Of a stretch of DNA of 64,000 nt, positions 28,692 to 39,695 are shown in pieces. The first letter of the stretch is position 1. Every line of letters starts with the position of its first letter. Below the pieces are notes generated by a model. That model was not told the DNA's origin, ran no database searches, and was given only the letters and a program-made list of their open reading frames with translations. Location of the stretch: the sequence record PZ452581.1, one strand, 5' to 3'. This DNA comes from a phage. Position numbers and translations under genes: made by a program.

Positions 28692-28991
28692 CTATTTTAA
28701 AACTTCTGCGTAATCACATGTTACAAACTGTTTCTCTAGCTTAACGATTTTACGAAAATACCTTTTATACTGACGAATCTGCCTCTTCGTAGGACGTACA
28801 GCAAACTTAATAAATTCCACTCGACCAAATGGAGGACTTTCTTCTGCTGGAATATCTAACACCAATTCCCACGTATCTGCAATAAGTGCTTTGAATTGAG
28901 TATTTTTCCTGACGTTATACGGAGTAGGTTTAAATAAAACAATATGCATATTATCCTCGGCAATCCACTTCGCACACTTTCTTGTCATCAA
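28692..28991 (-). CDS. Hypothetical protein (61.4-like)
   Basis: 99-aa ORF. Confidence 0.5.
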   Translation of the reverse strand: MMTRKCAKWIAEDNMHIVLFKPTPYNVRKNTQFKALIADTWELVLDIPAEESPPFGRVEFIKFAVRPTKRQIRQYKRYFRKIVKLEKQFVTCDYAEVLK

Positions 28992-29133
28992 TGAAAGCTT
29001 TAACTAATGCTTTATTAACTTCAGCATATTGAGTAGTAGCCCATTGAACGTCATCTTTCATCATTGTGATTTCTTTAGTAAACATGCTTTCATTCTTAAA
29101 CCACCCCATAAAAACTACCTTTACCAATTCCAT
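28951..29133 (-). CDS. dmd: Dmd antitoxin (inhibitor of RnlA/LsoA)
   Basis: 60 aa, MELVKVVFMGWFKNESMFTKEITMMKDD... at the position directly upstream of gene 41; matches T4 Dmd as recalled. Confidence 0.8.
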   Translation of the reverse strand: MELVKVVFMGWFKNESMFTKEITMMKDDVQWATTQYAEVNKALVKAFIDDKKVCEVDCRG

Positions 29134-29191
29134 AACAATCTCCTCATTTAACCAACAAGACTACTATACCATAGTCTTGTCAGTTTGTAAA

Positions 29192-30619
29192 CTAAAATTT
29201 TAATTCATTTGCCAAAGCATCTAACTGAGCTCGAGTGGATTCATTTCTTTGATAGCGATTCTGTTCAGCCTGAATCTGTTGTGAACCTGCTACTTCACTC
29301 ACTTCGGTTGGAGTAGAATCTTGTTCAATTTCTACCCATTTTTGATTTCCTTTTTGAACACCCATCAAAAACTTATTCCACTTATTCTTATCACCATATC
29401 GTGATTTGATTTGCTTAATAAGTTGTTGTTCAGCAGCTGCCAACTCCTCGGTTTCAATGACCGCAAGCATAAAATCAGCTGTTGCTGGAAGACCAGCAGA
29501 TTCTGCGATATCACTCATGTTAACATCGGAAGAGTCCCAAGCTTGTTTACCAACCTGTGCTGCAGTCCAAAGAACAGTTTCGGTTTCAACAGCCAGAGCA
29601 CGCAATTCCTCTGCGATAGCTTTAACAGTTGTGTAACTATTTTCTGAATAAACTCTAATGCGGCAAGATTTACAAATACCTAGATAGTCGACAATAATGA
29701 TTGTTGGAACAAAATTCTTTTTGAGCTTCAATTCATTCAAGAGAGACCTGAATGTATTAGCGTCTGCTCCACCAGTAGGATACTGTTTAACGATTAAACG
29801 ACCGAGAGTAGATTTCTCACGCCATTTTTCCATTTTTCCTTTATACTCGGCGTAAGAAATATGTCCATCATCAATATCGTCAAGAGAAACATCGAGCATA
29901 TTAGCATCAATACGTTTAGCGCAGACTTCTTCTGCCATTTCCATGGAGATATAAAGAACGTTATGACCAAGCTGCAAATAATCTGCTGCCAATGAACACA
30001 ATCCTAATGACTTACCAACGTTAACACCAGCCATTAAAACGTTCAGTGTTCCAGTTTCAGCTCCGCCTTTAGTAATTTTATTTAGAATTTTGAGTCTAAA
30101 TGGAACCTTACGAGCTTTATTCATATAAGATAGCCAACGTGCTTCGTAGTCATCCATCCAATCATGACCAACGTAACTATCAAATGAAATTGATAATGCT
30201 TGGCGCATGATGTCAGGAATAGCACCAACATCCGGCATTTTCTTATTTCGTTTTTCCGGAGGAAGCTCAGCATTAGTTTGAATTTCGATTATTTTAGATG
30301 TGGCGTTAAACATCGCCCTTTGCTGAACATATTTTTCTGTTTCTTTTATTAACCAACTATGGTCTTCTGGAGAATCAGCCAGTTTTGAAATAAGTGTTTT
30401 TACACCAGAATATTCTGTTTCAGTAAATGAACTATTTTCTAATGCAACATTTAACGCATTAATAGATGGAACGCTATGGTACTCGTTGACATGAGATTTA
30501 ATTAATTTGAATGTATTTTTAGCTGGACCACTTTCAAAATATTCTGAATCCATATATGGCCAAACTTTTGAAAAATAAGCTTGATCAAATATAAGATGAG
30601 AAAGAATAATTTCTACCAC
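29192..30619 (-). CDS. 41: Replicative DNA helicase gp41 (DnaB-like)
   Basis: 475 aa; Walker A GVNVGKS and RecA-like fold; matches T4 gp41. Confidence 0.95.
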   Translation of the reverse strand: MVEIILSHLIFDQAYFSKVWPYMDSEYFESGPAKNTFKLIKSHVNEYHSVPSINALNVALENSSFTETEYSGVKTLISKLADSPEDHSWLIKETEKYVQQRAMFNATSKIIEIQTNAELPPEKRNKKMPDVGAIPDIMRQALSISFDSYVGHDWMDDYEARWLSYMNKARKVPFRLKILNKITKGGAETGTLNVLMAGVNVGKSLGLCSLAADYLQLGHNVLYISMEMAEEVCAKRIDANMLDVSLDDIDDGHISYAEYKGKMEKWREKSTLGRLIVKQYPTGGADANTFRSLLNELKLKKNFVPTIIIVDYLGICKSCRIRVYSENSYTTVKAIAEELRALAVETETVLWTAAQVGKQAWDSSDVNMSDIAESAGLPATADFMLAVIETEELAAAEQQLIKQIKSRYGDKNKWNKFLMGVQKGNQKWVEIEQDSTPTEVSEVAGSQQIQAEQNRYQRNESTRAQLDALANELKF

Positions 30620-30628
30620 ACTTACTCC

Positions 30629-30991
30629 TTAAAAGAATTTAAACTTTTTCTTTGACCTTTTATTAAATGCATCTTGTAGTTGCATTGTAATACATTTTTC
30701 TACATGAGGAGCTAACTCAGCTTTTCTTTCTTGGTCAAGAACAGCAAAGTCCATTACAACCTTTCCATCAACCCAATCCAGTTTAGTTACATACACAATG
30801 TGTGTAGAACCATCTTCTAGTTTAATGACAATCTCCTGGATAACATTTTCCATGGCAGATTTAATTATCTTAAGAGATTCATTAAAAAGACGTTCTTTTC
30901 TTTCTTCTTCCCCCTCCGAAGAGGGGGATTCATCGATAATTTCTAGATCTAAGTCTAAATCATCTTTATTCATTAAATTCTTCCATATCAC
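30629..30991 (-). CDS. 40: gp40 head vertex assembly chaperone
   Basis: 120-aa ORF between 41 and uvsX. Confidence 0.6.
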   Translation of the reverse strand: MIWKNLMNKDDLDLDLEIIDESPSSEGEEERKERLFNESLKIIKSAMENVIQEIVIKLEDGSTHIVYVTKLDWVDGKVVMDFAVLDQERKAELAPHVEKCITMQLQDAFNKRSKKKFKFF

Positions 30992-32147
30992 TTAACTGTT
31001 CGAGGTCAGTTTCTAAATCAGCTGCTGATTTACTTTTACTTTCTGGGGATTTAAATTTTTCAACTTTTGAGTTAATTAATTCATCAACTTCAGCTTCAAC
31101 AATTTCATTACTATCAATAGCACCTAACTGATAAGCACGTTTAATAGCATCTCGGAATGGTTGATGCTTAAATAAAGGACCCCAGAATGTAGTGCAGTTA
31201 GTATCTTTTGCACGCCAAGATTTTTCTTCGCGAATCATCTCGCCGGTTTCTTCATCAAGAAATTCACGAGCATACCAACCATTTTTAGGTTTTACTACAA
31301 ATCCTAATTCAAGAGCCATATCTAACAATCCAGAATAAGGATCGATGCCACCGTCAAATTTAACATCAATAAAGAATTTACTTTTTTCTTTAACGGTACG
31401 AGATTTTTCTACATTTAGAACAAATTGATACCCCTGAAGATCAGAACCATCTTTAATCTGGCGCTTACCGATAATGAATACAGTATCAGCCGAATACATT
31501 ACGCCTGTACCACCTGTCATCACGGTTTTACTAAACATTTCAATTGTTTCAATTGTGTGGTTAACCGCAACACATGGAATGTTTTTAATACTAAAATAAG
31601 GAGTAACAATACGGAATAATGACTTCAGTGATTTAGCACGAGTCATATCTGCCACAGATTTTTCATTCAAGGCATCTTCCGTTTCTTTCTTAGAAGCCAT
31701 ATTACCAATTGAGTCGATGAATACAATAACCTTTTCACCACGCTCAATAGCTTCAAGCTGATTCACCATATCAATTTTCAGCTGTTCAACTGACTGGATT
31801 GGTGTATGAATTACACGTTCCGGATCAACTCCCATGGATCGCAAATAAGCTGGAGTAATACCAAATTCGCTATCATAGAATAAACAAACCGCATCAGGAT
31901 ATTTGTTCAAATACGCCGCAACCATAGTCAAAGACATATTTGATTTAAAGTGTTTAGAAGGACCTGCAAAAATGGTTAAACCAGACTGCATTCCACCATC
32001 AATCGCACCAGAAATAGCGATATTGAGCATTGGGATTTTTGTACGGATTACATCCTTTTCATTAAAGAATTTAGATGTAGTCAGTTCAGCAGTCATTTTA
32101 GAAGTGGAAGCTTTAATCAAACGGGATTTTAAATCTGCAATAGACAT
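30966..32147 (-). CDS. uvsX: Recombinase UvsX (RecA-like)
   Basis: 393 aa; Walker A GPSKHFKS; close to T4 UvsX with scattered substitutions. Confidence 0.95.
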   Translation of the reverse strand: MSIADLKSRLIKASTSKMTAELTTSKFFNEKDVIRTKIPMLNIAISGAIDGGMQSGLTIFAGPSKHFKSNMSLTMVAAYLNKYPDAVCLFYDSEFGITPAYLRSMGVDPERVIHTPIQSVEQLKIDMVNQLEAIERGEKVIVFIDSIGNMASKKETEDALNEKSVADMTRAKSLKSLFRIVTPYFSIKNIPCVAVNHTIETIEMFSKTVMTGGTGVMYSADTVFIIGKRQIKDGSDLQGYQFVLNVEKSRTVKEKSKFFIDVKFDGGIDPYSGLLDMALELGFVVKPKNGWYAREFLDEETGEMIREEKSWRAKDTNCTTFWGPLFKHQPFRDAIKRAYQLGAIDSNEIVEAEVDELINSKVEKFKSPESKSKSAADLETDLEQLSDMEEFNE

Positions 32148-32224
32148 TCATTTTTTCCATAGGCATCATTATATTTTCCTCACTGGTTAAAGATAGGGTA
32201 ATTATAACACAATAAATTTAGGCA

Positions 32225-33073
32225 TTAATCAACTACTATTGGATGAATAGCATTAAACTTATGAAACGCTTCTGATTTTTCTTTGCGCGAAACACACATG
32301 CGAAGAACCTTTAATGGCTCGTCTTCTTCACCCAACGATTTTCGTTTTTCAATATTAGAAGTTTTCCAACGAGCTTGCTCTGGAAACTCTTTATTGATTT
32401 GCTCAAGAGCTCTATTATGTTTTGAATTACTACGAATTGAACTACATCCGCCAGGAGCTTGTGCTTTTCCAGACACAACCAGATATTTGAACAAGGCCAA
32501 ATGCGGATAACCTTGATTAATTAAATTGAGAAATGCATACATATCTTCGCACAAATCAATTTTTCCATACCCAATTTGTTCTGTCGTAAGTTTTCCAAGG
32601 TCATACCATGTATTCGTGAATCCATATGAATTTTCACGATAATTACCCCAAGATGAAGTAATTTTAAAAATAGGTAGACGAGCATGACCGTGATAATACC
32701 CGCAATCCATGGCATCTTCCACGTATTGAATCAATTCATAGAACTGTTCACGAGTTAATTGATTAATTTTATCTACGCAGCGACGATCATCTTTCTTTCG
32801 CATTGAACTCATACGAATAGTAGTATCATCATCAATCATCCAGATTCGTTGACCTGCATACATATCAGTAATTGCTTTACGAGTACCAGCAATTCCATTA
32901 ACATCATCAGGAATAGTTATAATTTTAGCTCTAGACCCGTAAGCGTCATAATAAGCTTTTTCTTCGTGTTCACGTACTACAATATGAGGTTCATAATCAG
33001 ATGGAAACATATCAAGGGCAGAAACTGCCCCTACGCGTTGATAGCTTGGAATTACGAATTGAATCATTTCCAC
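32225..33073 (-). CDS. GT-A fold glycosyltransferase at the T4 beta-gt locus, putative beta-alpha-glucosyltransferase of T2/T6 type
   Basis: 282 aa with N-terminal VIPSYQR and DDD (DXD-type) motif; unlike T4 beta-gt (351 aa, GT-B) which starts MKIAIINMGNNV. Confidence 0.55.
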   Translation of the reverse strand: MEMIQFVIPSYQRVGAVSALDMFPSDYEPHIVVREHEEKAYYDAYGSRAKIITIPDDVNGIAGTRKAITDMYAGQRIWMIDDDTTIRMSSMRKKDDRRCVDKINQLTREQFYELIQYVEDAMDCGYYHGHARLPIFKITSSWGNYRENSYGFTNTWYDLGKLTTEQIGYGKIDLCEDMYAFLNLINQGYPHLALFKYLVVSGKAQAPGGCSSIRSNSKHNRALEQINKEFPEQARWKTSNIEKRKSLGEEDEPLKVLRMCVSRKEKSEAFHKFNAIHPIVVD

Positions 33074-33804
33074 TCACCGTTATAATCTTTTTTCGCAATA
33101 TGAGTTTCGCCAGTTTTCCACCAATGGTCAACCAAATAAAAATGACGGGAATACACATGAAGGCTCCCGACATTCCATATAATGGAACCTGCTTTATACT
33201 GACGAGTTGAATCACCTGCATTCAAATCAGATACTAATTTATCTAGTACATATTTTTGCCATGCATAATCATTACGGAATCCGAAGACCACGTCATTTGA
33301 ACGCATGTTAACCACTGCATTAATTTTCTTATCACGAATCAGGTACTGTACTGTATTAGTACACATGAAATCCGACATGCCATCTTTATTGTAGTCAAAC
33401 TGCATGGATGGACGAGTATAAATCATGATACCGCGTCGAGAATCAGGATTTTGACCAAGTTCAGCTAAACACATATCATACTGGGCATAGTTATCTTCTG
33501 ACCAGATGGCCCAACCATAATTCGAGTTAATTTCGCCTTTAGAAGATGCTACCTGCTGCCAAATCTTCGGCGTTTCACCTGGAATATCTTTAACAAACAG
33601 ACTTTGAGACTTATACCATTCAAGTTCACGCTGAATGTATTCATCATTAAGAGAGCCAAAAATAAAAGGTTCATCTGCTACAAATGATGCACCAATAATT
33701 TCAATAGTTTTAACCCCGGTTTTATCAATTACGAAATCTTTTTCCTTTAATGCAAGACCCAAATCAAGACGGATTTCTTCAACTGTCATATAATCGTTAA
33801 TCAT
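33064..33804 (-). CDS. 42: dCMP hydroxymethylase gp42
   Basis: 246 aa; matches T4 gp42 (…GIMIYTRPSMQFDYNKDGMSDFMCTNTVQYLIRD…). Confidence 0.95.
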   Translation of the reverse strand: MINDYMTVEEIRLDLGLALKEKDFVIDKTGVKTIEIIGASFVADEPFIFGSLNDEYIQRELEWYKSQSLFVKDIPGETPKIWQQVASSKGEINSNYGWAIWSEDNYAQYDMCLAELGQNPDSRRGIMIYTRPSMQFDYNKDGMSDFMCTNTVQYLIRDKKINAVVNMRSNDVVFGFRNDYAWQKYVLDKLVSDLNAGDSTRQYKAGSIIWNVGSLHVYSRHFYLVDHWWKTGETHIAKKDYNGEWK

Positions 33805-33957
33805 TTAAACCTCAATTGATGCATTCATATTTAATTTGTAACAGTAATAAACTCCAACCTATAATAAGTGGCGGAATCATAAGAGGAACTGTTACGCTAT
33901 AGTATATACTTATTATAATCATCAAGATTAAAAGCAATACTGCTAAAATTTTGCTTT

Positions 33958-34209
33958 TCATTCCTTCTCTCTGATGATAATTACTTGATTTTGCTGTACA
34001 GATTTTTTAGTTTCACCTGCAATTGACCAAATAAAAGTAATAAACCAACCAATGATTGACCAGTTAAACAGTAAAGATGTGAAAAAGATTCCTACTGTCG
34101 ATTTTGACCCACGCATCAAGGCGATGAACCATGGAAGCATGTATATAATAATAGCCAACACGCCTGAAACTAAAACCATAAAAATTGAACCTGCTACTAA
34201 AGTTTCCAT
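33958..34209 (-). CDS. imm: Superinfection immunity protein Imm
   Basis: 83-aa two-TM membrane protein at the T4 imm position. Confidence 0.8.
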   Translation of the reverse strand: METLVAGSIFMVLVSGVLAIIIYMLPWFIALMRGSKSTVGIFFTSLLFNWSIIGWFITFIWSIAGETKKSVQQNQVIIIREKE

Positions 34210-34216
34210 GTTTTCC

Positions 34217-34597
34217 TCACTTAGTCAAATTTTTTACACATGAATTATAAGAATTCACTACATACTCCATCGGAGCATTTTTACCTGTACGCCATTGGTA
34301 ATTATTAGCCCAATTGGCCCAAAGCTCAGCGCAGTAGTTTTCAATTTTTTCTTCGCGTGTAATTACATCTGAATTACGATATGCTTGAGCAGATTCATCT
34401 GGGCGAATAGCTTCGTCAAAATTCGCCTGCATCTGTTCTACTGTCTGTTTTGGAGCTTCTTTATAACACTTAACATTAGGATTATAAAATTTGCTTGAAC
34501 AGTTTACAATTTTTCCTACATCAGATTGATTTACTACCGGTCCTTGAGCTACACAGCCAGTAAGACCTAATGCAATAACCAAAATAGCGATTTTCAT
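34217..34597 (-). CDS. Putative lipoprotein (imm.1-like)
   Basis: 126 aa with lipobox LTGC. Confidence 0.55.
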   Translation of the reverse strand: MKIAILVIALGLTGCVAQGPVVNQSDVGKIVNCSSKFYNPNVKCYKEAPKQTVEQMQANFDEAIRPDESAQAYRNSDVITREEKIENYCAELWANWANNYQWRTGKNAPMEYVVNSYNSCVKNLTK

Positions 34598-34607
34598 AAT
34601 AATTTCC

Positions 34608-34844
34608 TCAAATACAAGTAGTAATTACTCCAGTAGTGCTTACACAGGTATTACCTAATTGAACACCCAACGTTCCATTAGTATTCATATGAAGATTATC
34701 ATCAATTTTTGTTGATACTTTACCATTCATGTGAATAATAGTATTAGATTCAATCACATTCTGAGTGTCATTTTCAATATCAATAAATGGAACAGTTGCT
34801 AATGCAACTAAACACACTGCTAAACAACCATAAACAATTTTCAT
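34608..34844 (-). CDS. Small secreted/membrane protein
   Basis: Track ORF 34608-35033 trimmed to internal Met MKIVYGCLAVCLVALATVPF (signal-peptide-like) downstream of an early promoter. Confidence 0.45.
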   Translation of the reverse strand: MKIVYGCLAVCLVALATVPFIDIENDTQNVIESNTIIHMNGKVSTKIDDNLHMNTNGTLGVQLGNTCVSTTGVITTCI

Positions 34845-34874
34845 TTTATTCTCCAAATCCGTATCAGTTGATAG

Positions 34875-34910
34875 TTGTATAGTACCATGGAAGAACGGGG
34901 ATGTAAACAG
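34875..34910 (-). promoter_or_regulatory. T4-early-type promoter
   Basis: Minus-strand GTTTACATCCCCGTTCTTCCATGGTACTATA with conserved leader. Confidence 0.55.
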
Positions 34911-34989
34911 TTTTGTGAAAAAATTTTTAATGAATTTACAGGACCTAGAATCATCTATTTTTCCTAAGTATAGATTTATATTACTTGTA

Positions 34990-35022
34990 TGAAAAAGGGA
35001 CCCGGAGGTCCCTAGATTTATT
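34990..35022 (-). terminator. Hairpin terminator downstream of gene 43
   Basis: Minus-strand GGGACC-UCCG-GGUCCC followed by a T-run, immediately after gp43 stop. Confidence 0.6.
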
Positions 35023-35025
35023 CTA

Positions 35026-37722
35026 TCAGCCAAACAGGAAGTCTAACGAAGCTTTTTCCTCATAGTCCATACCTGCCGATTCACACATGCCCGCAAGCGG
35101 TTTAACAAACGATTTTTGGAACAAAGTTGAGTAGTCAATCCAAGATAGTACGTCAGAACGAATTTCTTTTGGAAGTTCCGTACCCGATGGCCAAGCAATG
35201 CACTTGTCACCAAATGGATTTCCCTCACGTAACGGAAGAACCATTACCTTATTTCCATCCAAAATTGGAGCTACACCTAAACCGCTAACAGCTCGACGAT
35301 AAGTTAGCACCCCACGAATATGGAACGGGCATTTAAACCCTGGCCAACCTTTATCGTCATATTTCGCTATATCGTTCGCGGTTTTTACTTCAGCAATAAC
35401 TTTATAGTCAAGTTGACGGTATTCTTTCTCAAAGTTCTTATAGTATTCTTGGACAGACTCTTCGCCTTCCTGAAGAATACGACGAATACTTTCTTCGAGA
35501 GCTTCTTGTACTGCTTTTGGTGTTGAACTCTGCTGAGTTTCCATACCCATGATTTTTAGATGTGGTTCAGCAAATCGCTTATCTTCCATATCATAAACGT
35601 TCAGAGCATAACGTTTTTTCGCTTTCCAAAATCCACCAACACCCTTTGAACCAAGTGGAGGGCAAGAAATAGCTTCACGGTCCATATGCATCAGATGCTC
35701 GCGATTATTCATATAATCACATAACTCACGATATGCAACATCAATCATAGGTTCCATCTTTTTCTTACCAAACTGATTCATGAATTCAACTAAATCATTT
35801 TGTTCTTTAAAGCGGTCAAGACCTACTTTTTCAATTACTTTATCTACACAAACATATACCGAATCAGTATCACCCGCGGCGATGAAATCTTCACCATCAG
35901 TTCCACATACTTTATTTAGATATTCATTAATTTTACGAGCAATCCACTGAATACCAACTTGACCGAAAATTGTGATAGCAGTAGCATTTCGCAAATCATA
36001 GTAACGGAAATGAATATTACCAAGAGCACCATAAAGACTGTTAATAAGAATTTTACGGTTCAGCTGATTTGTGTTAGCAAGTGTAGCTGCTTTTTCACAT
36101 TCTTCGATCAGACTATTAAGAACAGATTCAGTGTAATTCGATAATTTGTTTAAGAAATCATCATTGAACTTAACATATCGTTCAACTTCTGGTTTAGTTG
36201 AACAAGACCCTGCACCTTTCATAATAATCTTTTTAATAGCTTCGGCATTCATTTCTTCAGCGAACATTTTCTTTTTCCAATCTTTACGCTGGAAAAATAC
36301 TTTAGCGATTTCCTTTGGAATGATACCTTCTTGATGCTTATCATACATCCATCCATTCGGAGAACAAGAATATTCATCACTTGGCTTAGGAGCTGTTCCT
36401 GCGATATATTCATGAATTGGATGAACTTTAAATTGTCCACGAATAGTTTCAGGACTAATGTTAACCTGACGAATAATGCTAGGATATAGAGACGTCAAGT
36501 CAAAACTCATAATATATCGACGAGCAATTGGTTTAGGTTCAAACACAAATGCACCCGGAAAACTCTGTTTAACGTGCGAACCTTGTTGAGGAATAACCTT
36601 GTGTTCACCTTTCAATGAGTTAAAAATAATAGCATCCCAAGTTTTAATAGGACTCATTACACCGGAAAAAGGCATTTTAGCATAATAAGACATACTTAAA
36701 ACTAGATCGATAAACCCGCGAATTTTATCAATTGCTTGAACTGATTCTACGTCAATGATGTTATAACTAATGTATCGTTGATGATTAGTCTCACGAAGTT
36801 TATTAATAGGACCATCATACGGTAATTTACCTTTTTTGGTTTCATGTTGAGCAACTGATTCCAAAGAGAATGACGGCAAATTAGTAAAAGCGAATTTCTT
36901 GTACAAATCTAAATAATCAAGAATAGATACGCCATCAATAGAATAAATTTCTTTGCTACCGTACATATTTTGAATTAGTTTAGATTTTACTCGACCGATT
37001 GGAGAGAAGCGTTTCATACTACGTTCACCGAGAACCATTTTAACGCGATTCATGATATACGGAACGTCAAATCCCTCAATATTCCAACCAGTAAAAATAG
37101 CAGGTCGTTTCTGTTCCCAGAGATTGATATATTCCATGAGCATATCACGCTCATTATCGAATGGCATATAAATTACTCGGTCAAGAATTTCTTGAGGAAC
37201 TTCATCACCACCTTCACAGTCAAGCTTAGCAGCTAACTTTGCATCCCATTTTGATACTGAACCGTACATTGAATTCAACAAATCAAAGACGTAAAAACGG
37301 TCGTCAATTGAATCATAATGAGTGATAGCATCAATTTCATATTCTGCTTTCATTGGGTCAGGAAATTTATCACCAGTAACCTCAATGTCACAGTTAGCTA
37401 CACGAACAAATTTTCGGTCATAAACAATTTCTGAACCATATGTATCACTGATATAAGCGAGTTTAAAATCGTTCATACCGAGAGCTTCGAGACCGATGTC
37501 TTCCATTCGCTTCATCCAGTCTCGTGCATCTTTCATTGATGGAAATTTTTGAGGAGCACAGTTTTTACCATAAATGTCTTTGTATTTTGACTCTTCCTTA
37601 CAATGCCTAAACATAGTCGGAAGATATTCTACTTCACGAGTACGTTCCTTTCCGTTTTCATCAATATAGCGCTCAACAATGTTATTTCCGACTGTTTCGA
37701 TAGAGATATAAAATTCTTTCAT
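35026..37722 (-). CDS. 43: DNA polymerase gp43 (family B)
   Basis: 898 aa; exonuclease and polymerase motifs (DIE, SLYPSII, YGDTDS); same length as T4 gp43. Confidence 0.97.
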   Translation of the reverse strand: MKEFYISIETVGNNIVERYIDENGKERTREVEYLPTMFRHCKEESKYKDIYGKNCAPQKFPSMKDARDWMKRMEDIGLEALGMNDFKLAYISDTYGSEIVYDRKFVRVANCDIEVTGDKFPDPMKAEYEIDAITHYDSIDDRFYVFDLLNSMYGSVSKWDAKLAAKLDCEGGDEVPQEILDRVIYMPFDNERDMLMEYINLWEQKRPAIFTGWNIEGFDVPYIMNRVKMVLGERSMKRFSPIGRVKSKLIQNMYGSKEIYSIDGVSILDYLDLYKKFAFTNLPSFSLESVAQHETKKGKLPYDGPINKLRETNHQRYISYNIIDVESVQAIDKIRGFIDLVLSMSYYAKMPFSGVMSPIKTWDAIIFNSLKGEHKVIPQQGSHVKQSFPGAFVFEPKPIARRYIMSFDLTSLYPSIIRQVNISPETIRGQFKVHPIHEYIAGTAPKPSDEYSCSPNGWMYDKHQEGIIPKEIAKVFFQRKDWKKKMFAEEMNAEAIKKIIMKGAGSCSTKPEVERYVKFNDDFLNKLSNYTESVLNSLIEECEKAATLANTNQLNRKILINSLYGALGNIHFRYYDLRNATAITIFGQVGIQWIARKINEYLNKVCGTDGEDFIAAGDTDSVYVCVDKVIEKVGLDRFKEQNDLVEFMNQFGKKKMEPMIDVAYRELCDYMNNREHLMHMDREAISCPPLGSKGVGGFWKAKKRYALNVYDMEDKRFAEPHLKIMGMETQQSSTPKAVQEALEESIRRILQEGEESVQEYYKNFEKEYRQLDYKVIAEVKTANDIAKYDDKGWPGFKCPFHIRGVLTYRRAVSGLGVAPILDGNKVMVLPLREGNPFGDKCIAWPSGTELPKEIRSDVLSWIDYSTLFQKSFVKPLAGMCESAGMDYEEKASLDFLFG

Positions 37723-37800
37723 AGATATTCCTTAGTTTATAGCCCGAGTTATTAGGCTCTTGATATATTATACTCCAAATAAGGGGCCGAAGCCCCTTGC

Positions 37801-38169
37801 TTAATTACCAATCGTATATTTAGGAACGAGTTTCCATTCGTGTTTTTGTTTAAAAGAAATAACTCGGAAGTTATTGGTTAAATCTTTCATAAAAGTTCTT
37901 TGACCAGGAACGATTTCAATCAGCCCCCAATCTTCTAACAGCCACGCAATCGAATCACGACGAACTTCATCTTCTTCTGTCATTTCAACCTGACGGCCAT
38001 CCATACGAAGCATTTCTTTAAAATGAACGATATAGTATAGTCCTTTTTTCTGAAGAATGTGGCAGGACTGATACAGAACTTTATCTTTATTATTAGCAAT
38101 TCCCATACGAGTCAAAGTTTCTTTTACTTTCAGAAAATCTTCAGGTTTTTTAAGAGTAATTTCAATCAT
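37801..38169 (-). CDS. regA: Translational repressor RegA
   Basis: 122 aa, MIEITLKKPEDFLKVKETLTRMGIANNKDKVLYQSCHILQKKGLYYIVHFKEM matches T4 RegA. Confidence 0.93.
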   Translation of the reverse strand: MIEITLKKPEDFLKVKETLTRMGIANNKDKVLYQSCHILQKKGLYYIVHFKEMLRMDGRQVEMTEEDEVRRDSIAWLLEDWGLIEIVPGQRTFMKDLTNNFRVISFKQKHEWKLVPKYTIGN

Positions 38170-38170
38170 T

Positions 38171-38734
38171 TTACCATTCCAATGCTAGTTTTTTGAGTTG
38201 TTTCTGTTCTTTTACATTCTTAGTCACTTCTTTTAAAAAATCATCCGTGACTAAACCTTTTAGTTCTTTTAATACTAAAGGAAGTTTTCCATTTTTAGTA
38301 AGAATTGATTTATAGTTAATTGCATCATTTGTATTAACTTGATACCGCTTAGCAAGTAACTTAATAATCAATACTTCAGTAGAATCTTCGACCAGTTTTG
38401 CCCATTTACCATATCTTTTACCCCGAGGAACAGCAGCCATCAGGTAATTAAAATGGGCTTCATCGCTTAAACCTGATCCAATTAAATTCATAGCATATAC
38501 AGCTGGCATGCATTCAGGAAATTGTGATAATGCATTCTCAACCATGTATTTTGAATAATCTTTTTGAGCAATAGAGCATTTAGTTTTATTATTAATAGCT
38601 CCAATTATTTCAAAAAACTCATTTTCAGCTTTTTCTTTAAAAGAATCAGCAGCAGATTGGACAGCTGTCCAATCTTTTGAATACCAAGCAACTTGATGCT
38701 CGTTTAATTGAATATCATCTTCAAATAAGCTCAT
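38171..38734 (-). CDS. 62: Clamp loader small subunit gp62
   Basis: 187 aa, position between regA and 44. Confidence 0.9.
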   Translation of the reverse strand: MSLFEDDIQLNEHQVAWYSKDWTAVQSAADSFKEKAENEFFEIIGAINNKTKCSIAQKDYSKYMVENALSQFPECMPAVYAMNLIGSGLSDEAHFNYLMAAVPRGKRYGKWAKLVEDSTEVLIIKLLAKRYQVNTNDAINYKSILTKNGKLPLVLKELKGLVTDDFLKEVTKNVKEQKQLKKLALEW

Positions 38735-38735
38735 A

Positions 38736-39695
38736 TCACTTCCACTGCATTTCGCATGCCAATTGAATGAAAAGATATGCTAAATGTAATTCCGTATTAG
38801 CCGCAATTCCGTGATACTGGTTATTTTCACCAACAATTTCATACATACGAATAATACTTTGTGGAGTTACGCGTGTATAGATTTCTTCGGCAAGTTTACC
38901 AACGAACCACGAATAATCAGCCGCATATTTTGGTGCTAAAGCTCTGAGTTGTTTAACATCTTTATTTTTGAGAGACTCAAGAACATCATCAATAGCACCA
39001 CGATCGTTAGTAACCAGTGATAAAATACCAGCATCCAAAACACCTTTAGACGAATAACTATCGAGCTCGCCAATAGTTTTACGAAAATCAGGAAAATTCT
39101 TTTTAACCAAAGCTGCTACAACTTTCATATCAGCTATAGCAATTCCTTCATGCTTGCAGATTTCAGTCAATCGACGAATCATCTGCTTCATCATTTCAAT
39201 TTTATCTTCATCGGTCGGTTGACCGAATGTAATAACTCGGCAGCGTGACTGAAGCGGTTTAATAATACCATCAATATTGTTAGCAGTAATAATAATACTA
39301 CAGTTTGAACTATAAGCTTCCATAAAGGAACGAAGATGTCGCTGAGACTCTGCTAGCCCTGAGCGGTCAAATTCATCAATAACAATTACTTTTTGACGAC
39401 CATCAAATGAAGCTGCACTAGCAAAATTAGTCAAAGGACCGCGAACGAAATCAATTTTACAATCTGACCCATTCACAAACATCATATCAGCATTTACATC
39501 ATGACACAATGCTTTCGCTACGGTTGTTTTACCTGTTCCTGGAGAAGGAGAATGAAGAATAATATGTGGAATTTTACCTTTACTTGTAATAGATTTAAAG
39601 GTTTCTTTATCAAAGGCGGGAAGAATACATTCATCGATAGTAGATGGACGATATTTCTGTTCAAGAATGTGTTCTTTTTCATTTACAGTAATCAT
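38736..39695 (-). CDS. 44: Clamp loader ATPase gp44
   Basis: Track ORF trimmed to Met [17 protein letters not shown]; Walker A GTGKTT; matches T4 gp44 (319 aa). Confidence 0.94.
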   Translation of the reverse strand: MITVNEKEHILEQKYRPSTIDECILPAFDKETFKSITSKGKIPHIILHSPSPGTGKTTVAKALCHDVNADMMFVNGSDCKIDFVRGPLTNFASAASFDGRQKVIVIDEFDRSGLAESQRHLRSFMEAYSSNCSIIITANNIDGIIKPLQSRCRVITFGQPTDEDKIEMMKQMIRRLTEICKHEGIAIADMKVVAALVKKNFPDFRKTIGELDSYSSKGVLDAGILSLVTNDRGAIDDVLESLKNKDVKQLRALAPKYAADYSWFVGKLAEEIYTRVTPQSIIRMYEIVGENNQYHGIAANTELHLAYLFIQLACEMQWK

